This document shows positions 55,536-64,000 of a stretch of DNA of 64,000 nt, piece by piece. This DNA is from a virus (Duplodnaviria > Caudoviricetes), in IMG/VR virus record IMGVR_UViG_2862830631_000005, positions 1-64,000 of that record; one strand, written 5' to 3'. The notes under the pieces are model-generated. The model was not told the origin of the DNA, made no database searches, and saw nothing but the letters and a program-made list of their open reading frames with translations. The stretch's first letter is position 1; the number at the start of each line of letters is the position of its first letter. The position numbers were made by a program, and so were the translations under genes.

Positions 55536-55550
55536 ACCAGCCCCTCTCTA

Positions 55551-57230
55551 CTAGTTAATGTCGACCGCGTACGCGTTGAGCTGGTCGAACTCGGCGTAGG
55601 ACTGCCACGAGTAGAGGCCGAAGATTTGCTCGTTATGCGACGTGGTGAAGCTGCCAACGGGATGCCAGTCAGTAGCCCCGTCAAAGCGGAAGAACGCGGT
55701 ACGCTTGGACCCCTCGACACGCATCGCCAACCACACCCACGTGTCAGTGAGGTCTGTTCCGTCACCGATGTTCATCACGAACGGCTGGTCGAAACCGTCG
55801 AAAGCCTTGACCTGCCAGTTGTTTACAGATGCCCTCACGAGTGAGACATGAGTAGCGCCGCCGAAGTATCCGTCCGTTCCCGACCCGGAAACCATCAACC
55901 CAGCAGATAGGTCGTTGAACTCTCCGCGGATCCGCATCTTCGTCTCAACCCAGTAGTTCTCGGGAAGGAAGACATACTTGCGCGCAATACGCATATCCTG
56001 ACCAGGCTCAGTTGCAGCAGTTGGGAACGAGATGGTCGTCCCCGTGCACACCGCCTGGGTCCTGTCGGGTGGCTGGGTCCACAAGTCGGTGGGGACAGTG
56101 CCGATCGGATAGTCAAGGTTGTCCTCAAGCAGGACCACATTGCGCATGGTCTGCGGGACGGGTGCTCGGTCAGGCTTGTCGTCCAACCACATGCCGGCCG
56201 ACGCGGACACCTTCAGCGTCGCTGGCGTCATGGTGCCCTGGTTGTACTGACCGATCGGCATCACAACCTTGACGTGACTGTTGAACCGAATTGGGTCAGC
56301 CGTGAAGAACCGGTACATCGTCTGGTGCGTGCCCGCGGTGATATCAGTGTCCGGGGCGCGGCCAGCTGGATATCCACCCTCAGGCATGGCATACCAACCG
56401 CCAGTGAAGAAATCCTCGGTGCCTGAAGCCATTACAGCGGCGATGAGCTCGCCGTCAACGAAGATCTGCACGTTCCCCTCAAGGAACGTCGCCTCAAAAT
56501 CCTGCGCAGACGACACCGACAGGTAGAGGTGCTCAAGCTGGCCCGACCCATCAATATCAACGACAGTCAGCTTGCCGCGCGCCGGGAACGCATCATTCTT
56601 GACGCTGGCAACCTTGTACGTCTGGAACGCCCGCGGAGCATTGTCGTAGCGGAACTTGACATGCCCGTACACCGCGCCAAGGTCTGAGCTTGTCTTGTTG
56701 ATCATCTCAACGCGCATGTAGCGGCTGAACGGAGCGAACAAGTTTCGGTACGCCGAAGCCTGGCCAGAGTCGAATCCACGCTTCGTGCGTCCAACGCTCG
56801 GGGTGGAGAACTCACCACCGCGCGGCCCGTACATGAAGAAGTCGTTGATGGACAAGTCGATGGCCGGCACAGTGTTGTTATCCAGGTAGACGCGGATTCG
56901 TCCGCCGTCCTCAACGAACGAATCGCGCGTCATGTCACCGCCGTTCGCGGCGAACCACACCTGCTCAAGTACGCCAGAACCGTGTGCCTCACCGAGGATC
57001 AGAGGCTTCTCACCAGCTGGGGCGGTAGCGTCAGCACGCGCAACACCAAGCTCCTGCGCCGTCAGGACAGTTCGTCCATGCGCAACGGCGAACCCCGGTG
57101 GAGTGACGCCAGCAGACCCGGATTCGAGATATCCAAACCTGGCCTCATGCTTGTTGACCTGCTTGGCGATATCGTTCACAGCGTCAGCTGGGAGGTACTC
57201 GCCATCAATCCAGTCGATCTTGAGAGTCAT
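55551..57230 (-). CDS. DUF2961/GH172-like glycoside hydrolase in tail module
   Basis: EGNVQIFVDGE..SGTEDFFTGGWY..YRFFTADPIRF. Confidence 0.8.
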   Translation of the reverse strand: MTLKIDWIDGEYLPADAVNDIAKQVNKHEARFGYLESGSAGVTPPGFAVAHGRTVLTAQELGVARADATAPAGEKPLILGEAHGSGVLEQVWFAANGGDMTRDSFVEDGGRIRVYLDNNTVPAIDLSINDFFMYGPRGGEFSTPSVGRTKRGFDSGQASAYRNLFAPFSRYMRVEMINKTSSDLGAVYGHVKFRYDNAPRAFQTYKVASVKNDAFPARGKLTVVDIDGSGQLEHLYLSVSSAQDFEATFLEGNVQIFVDGELIAAVMASGTEDFFTGGWYAMPEGGYPAGRAPDTDITAGTHQTMYRFFTADPIRFNSHVKVVMPIGQYNQGTMTPATLKVSASAGMWLDDKPDRAPVPQTMRNVVLLEDNLDYPIGTVPTDLWTQPPDRTQAVCTGTTISFPTAATEPGQDMRIARKYVFLPENYWVETKMRIRGEFNDLSAGLMVSGSGTDGYFGGATHVSLVRASVNNWQVKAFDGFDQPFVMNIGDGTDLTDTWVWLAMRVEGSKRTAFFRFDGATDWHPVGSFTTSHNEQIFGLYSWQSYAEFDQLNAYAVDIN

Positions 57231-57239
57231 TCTTTGTCC

Positions 57240-60200
57240 TTAAACGCCGTACTTGCCGATGTAAGGCATCGCTTCCTGCGCAGCGGTTGTGCGCTGCTGA
57301 CGCTTGAACTCGTCAAGGTTCGTCAGCTGATAGACGTTGTCGCCGTTGTGAACACGGCCCTGAACCATCGAAGGAACGCCCGAGGTATCTGGCTGGGCCG
57401 GCAGTAGGGGAGTGCCAGATGCACTTGCAGTTGATCCGTTCGTCGCAGTTCCCACGAGCAGCGACGACAAGACGTTCGTCAAGCCAGTTGCGATCTGGCC
57501 GCCGATCTGGAATCCGGCCTGAATGCCAGCCCCGGCGAGCTGCCCACCAGCGCCACCAGCGAGTCCGCCTGCGCCGGCAGTCGCGCCCATCGAGGCTCCA
57601 GACGCGGCCATCGATGCAGCGGTAGCCACGAGAGACCCGACATGGTTCCACGCACCCTGAATGCCTGAACTCAACGCAGGGAGGTTGTGCTCCTGCGATG
57701 AAGGTGCAGCACCAAGGCTTGCCCGAGGGTCAGCCGACTGCGACGCATCAGCGCCAGGCTGTGCCGAACCAACGCCGCCGGTTCCCGAGAGCAGCCCAGC
57801 CAGGCCACCGACGTTCGTCAGTGCGTCCTGCACGCCAGGGAGAGCACCAGGGTCTGGAGCGGGAGCAGTCGCCCCAGGCCCCGGTGCACCTCCGGTCGAA
57901 GGGGTGGTGCCAGCACCAGCCCCAAGTGTGAGAGGCCCGGGAGTAGCGGGCTGCGGAACGCCTGGCTGCTGGCCTGGCTCAGGTGGAGCGGGAGGCTGCG
58001 GCGTCTGCGGGAGCGGACCTGGAGTCTGCCCCGGGTAAGGCTGCGGCATCCACCAGCCGCCACCCTCGAACTGGCCGGCGTTCACCAGATGCATGAAGTC
58101 CAGGCCGTACTTCTTCACGGCGTAGTCGCGCATCATGAACTCGCCCTTGGACCCCATCAGTGGGACAGAGTCCGAGCGCCCAGTGCCAGGCCCGGTGATC
58201 AGTCCACCGCCGGCCTTACCTGGAATAGGTAGCCCAAGCTGTGGCGGATTCCACTGCGCGAAGACCCGGGCACCCCTACCCTCTGGTCGCACATCGAAAG
58301 GCGTGTAGCTGCCACCGCGTGGAAGTAGGAGCTCATTCTCTGCTCGCCCGAAGTGCGAGAGAGACTCGCGTCCAGCACGTCCAGACAGCCACAACCCGTG
58401 GGAGCCGCGCGGTACAAGCAGCTGCATTACATACGGCGAAGGACGCCCACCAGCGCCGACACTGGTTGATGTGTATCCGGGATCGGAGAATGTGCGGCCG
58501 AGCAACCTGGTCAGGTCGTCATTGGGGTGGATGTTCCCGAAGCCGGCTGCGTCGAGCTCGCGGTTGACAACGAAGTCGTCCGGTACGCGGTTTGCCTTCC
58601 CGAACGCGCTGTCAATCCCGGCTACCTGCCGCAGATGCTCTGATAGCGCGTCACTGCCGACCAGGTGACCCTTGCCGCTGGCAAGCGCTCGGAGCGTGCC
58701 GTTGACACCAGACCCCTTTGTGTACCCGTAGATGGCGTCGAGCTCGGCCGGAGTGAACGGGTTGTCCGACTTGCTGTACGGCCAGATATCGTTCGCGTAC
58801 GCCCGCGCCCTGCCGAGATCCATCGCATCCGGGGCGGTGTGCGCGTGCGCAGGGGTGGCACCCTTCAGGAATCCGCGACGTGCAGCACTGCTCGCCACCG
58901 AGCCTGCACGTGTTCCCTTCAGTGCCGCGCCACCAGGAACGAACGCCGACGCGATGTCAAACGCGGACATACCGGCCGCGCGAGCAGGGTTACGACCCCA
59001 CTCATCCCAGTGGACGGTGTTCTTACCGAACTGCCTCCACGCATCCCCAACAGATGGGGAACCGCCTCCACCGAGCCCAACAAGTGGTGCTAGACCGCGT
59101 GCAGCGCCACCGACCGCCATGGCTGGGTTGCCGACAGCCTGGTAGATCCCCTTACCTGCATCCCAAGCCGAGGACCCGACGCCGCCGAGGAAGTCTCCGA
59201 CCTTTCCGAAGAACCCTCCACCCGAGAAGCGTGGTAGCCGGCGAGCGTTCAGATCATCGAACAGCTGCTTGCCGTAGTAGCGGGTGGCATCCCTATTGGT
59301 GACGAACTCACCACGCGACAGCCACGCCAAACCACTATTCGGATGACCACCGCTCTTGAACCCGTGCCCCTGGCCGATCTGGTTTGGAACGCCAGTGTTC
59401 GGGTCCTGCCCGTACTGCGACTTCGTGTAGGCAATCGCCGCGACGATCTGAGACCACGGGTCATTGATCGATCCGCCGACAGCGTTGTAGGAGTCAAACG
59501 TCGATGGCAGGAAGTTGAACAGACCCATGACCTGCTGGGTTCCGCCCTGTCCGTCGGAGTCATTCCCGTTGAACGAGAACGGATCACCGCCAGACTCAGT
59601 ATCGATCTGCTTGACGAGAGCGTTCTCCCACGCGGCAGCGTTGGTGATTCCAAGCTGAGGCCCGTACATCTGCAGCGCCTGACGGATCATGGCGCGATAA
59701 GCGTTTCCGCCCTTCTTGCCAGGTGAAGCGAGACCACCGCCCTGCTGAAGAAGGTTGTCGTTGAATGCGATCGGCTGGATAGGAAGACCAGTCGAAGGGT
59801 CAACCTCGATAGGCAGCTGCCCGTTGCCGTACAGGAACTGGTTCAGGTACTGCCCTGATCCACCGTCACCAACGACATTGCCGAGTCCGCCGATGCCCTG
59901 CTGGAGCAGCTGCGAGAAGACATCCCCACCGCCGCCACCTGAGGAACCGCCAAGGTTCAGCCACCCTGACGCTGCCTGGCCGGCGCCATTGCCCACCTGT
60001 CGGGTGAGATCAGCAAGCCAATTGAAGTTGATCCCAGTGAGGTCGGTGAGCAGCTGCGTGCCGATCCCGAGCAGGCTGGAACCGATATTCCCAGCCTGGC
60101 CAACCAGGAACTGGGCGATGTTCGAAGGCTGCATAAAGTCGGGCAGCCCAGCGATATTCCCGAAGAGGCCGCCGCTGGAATCTCCAGTCAGCATGTCAGC

Positions 60201-63200
60201 AGTGACGCCGCCAGGTAGTCCACCCGGGTACTGCTGCATCAAACCTGGCAGCATGTACTGCTCGGCCCCGGTTGGGTAACCACCTCCAGTGGTCTTCACG
60301 TGAATGTGATCGCGATGACCCTGCGTATCGCCAGAACGGCCCAACGCATGGCCGTCCCCACCCACTGGCTGCCAGAAGTCCTGCCAGATGGTGGAATCCA
60401 CGCCCATGGCAGCACCGTTGGCCTGAAGCCACTGGTTGATCTGATCTCCGAGCGCCTTACCCTCTGGGGTGTTGTAGTTCGGGATCATGATGTCGATGGC
60501 CTTGCCAGACGGGTGATCCTCGATGGCGTCCTCGCGGTAGCCGCCGATGTTCGCGATCTGTGGGAACATCGCTTCGACCGCGCGCTTCACGCCGATCGTG
60601 TTGACCTGCAGGTTGCCCTCACCGCCCAGGCGTGACTGCAGCGGCACGCCTGCCATCTGACCGCCGACGCTGGCCAGTGGGTTCATCAACCCGGCCACGG
60701 GGATCCCGTTGATCTGCGGCATGCCGGCAGCTGCGACCACGCCGGGGATTACCGGGGTGATGCCGGCGTTATTGACGCCCGGGTATCCGCCAGTTAGGTG
60801 CGTGCTCGACACGGTCGACGCAGGGGGTGCCGAAACAGGCCCTGGCTGCCCCTGAGGAGCTCCAGAACTGTTTGCTGGGGTGGTTGGCTTAGGGGACTGA
60901 ACTGGAGGCGCAGGAGTGGCCTCAGGGGCCTTCGGTGAAACTCCCGGAGTCAACCCAAGGAAGTCCTTCGCATATGCGTCGAAGAACCCACGAGGACGTG
61001 AACCTGGAGCACCACTCTGGCCGAGGTCATACCCATGCTGGGCATCCAAAGCGCTACGCGACAACTTCGTGTTCGCGTACGGTGGCTTCTCCCAGTTAGG
61101 AGTGATATCAACCGGCCCAGCCTTAGTGGCAAGGTTGTCCTCATACCAGTGCCAGCCCTGCTTGATTGAGTCAATGGCAGCACGGCCGAAAGTCACGCGC
61201 TCATCCATGCGCGTAGAGCTGTTGGCAACACCCGCCTTGTTCTTAGGCTGAGGGCGATCCAAAATCGACGGAGTGACAGGACCGAACCATCCACCCGAGT
61301 CGAAGCGCGGAAGCTCCATACCATTCAGGCGGTTAAAGAAGTCGACGCCGTAGTACTTCACCGCGGCTGCATTGGTCACATGCTCACCGCGCGACAGCAT
61401 CGCCAGGTTCGCATCATCGCGAGGGCCGCCGACGCCACCAACAAGGCCACCATCGGCGAACTTGTCAATGTACTTCTCGGTACCGTCAACAGTGAGGTTC
61501 GTGCGGAAACGTCCATCACCGTTCGGTGCGACAGTCCCATCCTCGGCCGGCACAGCAGGCTTGCGGTCAGTGATGACGACCGCATTGCCGGCATCATCGA
61601 TATGAACCTCAGAAACACCAGAGCCGGCGAACACGCCAACACCTGGCTTCACCGACCCGAGGCCGTTGGCAAGTGTGTTCACCTGCTGGGCCTGCGCGGC
61701 ACCAGCGCTCAAGCTGTTCGGGATGTCGCGCAACGCAGATAGCGACGCAAAGAGATCGCCCTGGCCGGTCGACTTCACCACGCCCTGAAGGTCATCCGGG
61801 AGGTTTCCAGTCGCACGCTTTCCAGCGATAACCCCCTGCTTAGCTACTTCAGGTAGCCAGGACGGAATGTTTTGGTCAACGAGCATCGCTGAGTACGCAG
61901 CGCGAACCTTGTCGAGTGCCTTCTGGTCCGTACTGGCTGCAAGTGCTAGATCACGAGCACTGACGCCGTACTTCTCCCAGATATCACCCGACTTCTTCCA
62001 AGAATCCGAGTTCTGGACGGCCTTCGTTGCCATGTCGTTGCCGCGCTGAAGAACGCTCTGACGCTCGGCGTCGTTGATCGGCAGGAGGGCCCGACCGAAC
62101 TGGTTAGGGCCAGCGAGCCCAGAACGGGCAGCCGCATCAATCGTGTTGACCTGGCCCTGGCCCTGGAACGTGAACGTCTGGGCAGCCTGCAACGCGGCAG
62201 CCTTGTCAGCCGAACCCGTAGTCTGATCTACGGTCGTCTGCAGCTGCTTCAGAGCCTCGTTATGGGCATCGGCATCCTGCGCAGCCTTACGGTGAGCATC
62301 ACCGAGAGCGCTGATACCCAAGGTCAGTGCGGAGATTGCAGCCGAGAAAGCAAGACCTGGGCCGATGAACAACCCGAGCCCCTTCAGGGCGCCGAGAAGC
62401 GATCCACGCCCAGCGCTACCGATCTTCCCGGCAGCGACGACGGCTGCCCCGCCGGCATTCTCGAACTGCTTCGTCAGATCCTTCGTTGACGACAACGCTG
62501 GGAAGGCAGCCTTGTCGACATTCTTCACAGCCTCGGCCGACAACTTGATCGGCTTAGCGGCACCAGCTGCAACCCCGCCCAGCGACTGCAAATTCGCCTT
62601 GAACTCGTTCAGCCCACGGTTCATCGGACCGAAGAAGTTCGAGGTGCGGTGATACTGGGCCAGACCGCCCATCACCTTGCCGTAGTTCTGCCACGCAGTG
62701 GTCAAACCCTCAACGATCGGGCGAGCAGTACGCCACGACAGATAAGCGATCAGCAGGTTCTTCGCCAGGCCAGTGTTCTTCTCGACCCATCCGGCGATCT
62801 TCGAGAACGTTCCCAGCACCGAGAAGAGGACAGTGGACCATTCGCGTGCGGTCTCAACCATGTCCCCGATGAACGGACGCATATCCTTGACGGCGGACAG
62901 AATCTGACCGACAAGATCGCGTGCACGTGAGAAGTAGTTAGTCAACCCCTGCTGGGTCGAAGGCTCCTTCAGGAAGTCAGCCAGCCTCGACGTAGCGCGC
63001 TCGATGGTGGTGATGAAACCGCCCTCGAACCCGGTGGTCTGCGCGAATGCACGCGACACCGAGGAGATGATCGAAGCGATGTTCAACAGCGTGTTGCCAA
63101 GCGCAGTAAGCGAATCAAGACCAGAGTCGATCCACTCATTCAGCGTCCCGTCATCGGAAACTCGCTGAGTGAATGCATCGAACCTGTCGAGCACGCGCGT

Positions 63201-64000
63201 GAATGCGTCGGCGATGCGCGGAAGGAACTGCGCTGAATCGGAAGTCAGGCGCAGAACGCCGTCGATCAACGGCTGGAAGGCAGCGGAGAAACGCTGCAAA
63301 GCAGTGCCATTGGCACCAAAAATGCGGTCCAGGAACGACTGATTCTGATCAGTCCCCAAAGACGCGGCCAGAGCCTTCAGATTGGCATTCAGGCCGGAAG
63401 CAGTACGACTCAACCCACGATCAAGCGTGGGCAGCGCCTTGTTACCAAGATTCGTGATCGTACGATCCAAATCCTGGAACAGGTTGTTCTGAGAGTTGCC
63501 AGACAGGCGATTCCATGCGCCCTTGAAGTCCAGAAGCGCGCGCACAGCAGACTGTGCATTCGGAGCAAGCTTCTCCATGGCCTTGTCGAGCTCGGAGATG
63601 TTGCCCTTCTCGACAGTGTCGAGGGCGTCAGAGATGCGATCGAGCGCATCAACTACAGAGTCGGCGTTCTGCACGCCCTTCTGGTTTGCGTCGAAAGTAT
63701 CCTCGGCAACGCGCTTCGCGCGGACCTGCACATCCTGCAGATGGTCAACAGCCTGCAGGTAGCTCAACTGATCACGGCGAAGTTCCAGCAGCGAACGCTG
63801 TCCGCCCTCGCGCAGGCGCTGAGCAGCCTCCTGCACGCCCAGAACCGCGTCAGCGACATTCAGCGACGAGCGACGGTTCTCGCGGTTAAGATCCTGGATC
63901 TCGCGGATCGTGTCGCGGACGGCCGAACGGTAATCACGGTACGAGCGCTCAAGGTCGCGATTCGCCCGCTGCTGGTCACGAGCGTTCTGCTCTGCATTCT
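57240..64000 (-). CDS. tape measure protein (5'-truncated by window) with peptidase, SLT and ADP-ribosyltransferase domains
   Basis: >2200 aa Ala/Gly-rich helical ORF open to the window edge; HPSGKAID..HRDHIH; ESGG..GLFNF; R..YTSTS..ENE. Confidence 0.93.
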   Translation of the reverse strand, partial: NAEQNARDQQRANRDLERSYRDYRSAVRDTIREIQDLNRENRRSSLNVADAVLGVQEAAQRLREGGQRSLLELRRDQLSYLQAVDHLQDVQVRAKRVAEDTFDANQKGVQNADSVVDALDRISDALDTVEKGNISELDKAMEKLAPNAQSAVRALLDFKGAWNRLSGNSQNNLFQDLDRTITNLGNKALPTLDRGLSRTASGLNANLKALAASLGTDQNQSFLDRIFGANGTALQRFSAAFQPLIDGVLRLTSDSAQFLPRIADAFTRVLDRFDAFTQRVSDDGTLNEWIDSGLDSLTALGNTLLNIASIISSVSRAFAQTTGFEGGFITTIERATSRLADFLKEPSTQQGLTNYFSRARDLVGQILSAVKDMRPFIGDMVETAREWSTVLFSVLGTFSKIAGWVEKNTGLAKNLLIAYLSWRTARPIVEGLTTAWQNYGKVMGGLAQYHRTSNFFGPMNRGLNEFKANLQSLGGVAAGAAKPIKLSAEAVKNVDKAAFPALSSTKDLTKQFENAGGAAVVAAGKIGSAGRGSLLGALKGLGLFIGPGLAFSAAISALTLGISALGDAHRKAAQDADAHNEALKQLQTTVDQTTGSADKAAALQAAQTFTFQGQGQVNTIDAAARSGLAGPNQFGRALLPINDAERQSVLQRGNDMATKAVQNSDSWKKSGDIWEKYGVSARDLALAASTDQKALDKVRAAYSAMLVDQNIPSWLPEVAKQGVIAGKRATGNLPDDLQGVVKSTGQGDLFASLSALRDIPNSLSAGAAQAQQVNTLANGLGSVKPGVGVFAGSGVSEVHIDDAGNAVVITDRKPAVPAEDGTVAPNGDGRFRTNLTVDGTEKYIDKFADGGLVGGVGGPRDDANLAMLSRGEHVTNAAAVKYYGVDFFNRLNGMELPRFDSGGWFGPVTPSILDRPQPKNKAGVANSSTRMDERVTFGRAAIDSIKQGWHWYEDNLATKAGPVDITPNWEKPPYANTKLSRSALDAQHGYDLGQSGAPGSRPRGFFDAYAKDFLGLTPGVSPKAPEATPAPPVQSPKPTTPANSSGAPQGQPGPVSAPPASTVSSTHLTGGYPGVNNAGITPVIPGVVAAAGMPQINGIPVAGLMNPLASVGGQMAGVPLQSRLGGEGNLQVNTIGVKRAVEAMFPQIANIGGYREDAIEDHPSGKAIDIMIPNYNTPEGKALGDQINQWLQANGAAMGVDSTIWQDFWQPVGGDGHALGRSGDTQGHRDHIHVKTTGGGYPTGAEQYMLPGLMQQYPGGLPGGVTADMLTGDSSGGLFGNIAGLPDFMQPSNIAQFLVGQAGNIGSSLLGIGTQLLTDLTGINFNWLADLTRQVGNGAGQAASGWLNLGGSSGGGGGDVFSQLLQQGIGGLGNVVGDGGSGQYLNQFLYGNGQLPIEVDPSTGLPIQPIAFNDNLLQQGGGLASPGKKGGNAYRAMIRQALQMYGPQLGITNAAAWENALVKQIDTESGGDPFSFNGNDSDGQGGTQQVMGLFNFLPSTFDSYNAVGGSINDPWSQIVAAIAYTKSQYGQDPNTGVPNQIGQGHGFKSGGHPNSGLAWLSRGEFVTNRDATRYYGKQLFDDLNARRLPRFSGGGFFGKVGDFLGGVGSSAWDAGKGIYQAVGNPAMAVGGAARGLAPLVGLGGGGSPSVGDAWRQFGKNTVHWDEWGRNPARAAGMSAFDIASAFVPGGAALKGTRAGSVASSAARRGFLKGATPAHAHTAPDAMDLGRARAYANDIWPYSKSDNPFTPAELDAIYGYTKGSGVNGTLRALASGKGHLVGSDALSEHLRQVAGIDSAFGKANRVPDDFVVNRELDAAGFGNIHPNDDLTRLLGRTFSDPGYTSTSVGAGGRPSPYVMQLLVPRGSHGLWLSGRAGRESLSHFGRAENELLLPRGGSYTPFDVRPEGRGARVFAQWNPPQLGLPIPGKAGGGLITGPGTGRSDSVPLMGSKGEFMMRDYAVKKYGLDFMHLVNAGQFEGGGWWMPQPYPGQTPGPLPQTPQPPAPPEPGQQPGVPQPATPGPLTLGAGAGTTPSTGGAPGPGATAPAPDPGALPGVQDALTNVGGLAGLLSGTGGVGSAQPGADASQSADPRASLGAAPSSQEHNLPALSSGIQGAWNHVGSLVATAASMAASGASMGATAGAGGLAGGAGGQLAGAGIQAGFQIGGQIATGLTNVLSSLLVGTATNGSTASASGTPLLPAQPDTSGVPSMVQGRVHNGDNVYQLTNLDEFKRQQRTTAAQEAMPYIGKYGV

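Overview
High-GC temperate actinobacteriophage (mycobacteriophage-type) genome segment, read in reverse of the usual orientation. The layout resembles Cluster M-like phages, though I cannot confirm cluster membership. From the right end leftward on the minus strand: a 5'-truncated tape measure protein, tail genes and the lysin A/holin/lysin B cassette. A short plus-strand block follows (39.6-42.6 kb), then a minus-strand replication/recombination region (ERF, exonuclease, ClpP-like, SSB, DnaB, WhiB-like). Next come a ~6.6 kb RNA cluster (26 tRNAs covering all 20 amino acids, tmRNA, a GGQ release factor, several unexplained structured RNAs), RtcB, a large serine integrase, and a plus-strand arm of small genes. 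Top finding: five tandem stem-loop units at 5854-6000 and 6493-6722, each carrying two unique ~9-nt spacers in fixed boxes, directly upstream of a nuclease-less IS110-Tnp/Nop-fold protein (6749-7471). This is a candidate RNA-guided TIGR-Tas (TasA)-like system with a partner gene between the arrays. Other highlights: a circularly permuted YrlA-like tRNA mimic, a covarying intergenic RNA motif repeated 9-10 times, an 11-bp site fixed relative to -10 hexamers, an ADP-ribosyltransferase domain inside the tape measure, a GH172-like tail gene, and a release factor whose stop codon lies inside a tRNA. All calls are from reading the sequence by eye; no database searches were run.
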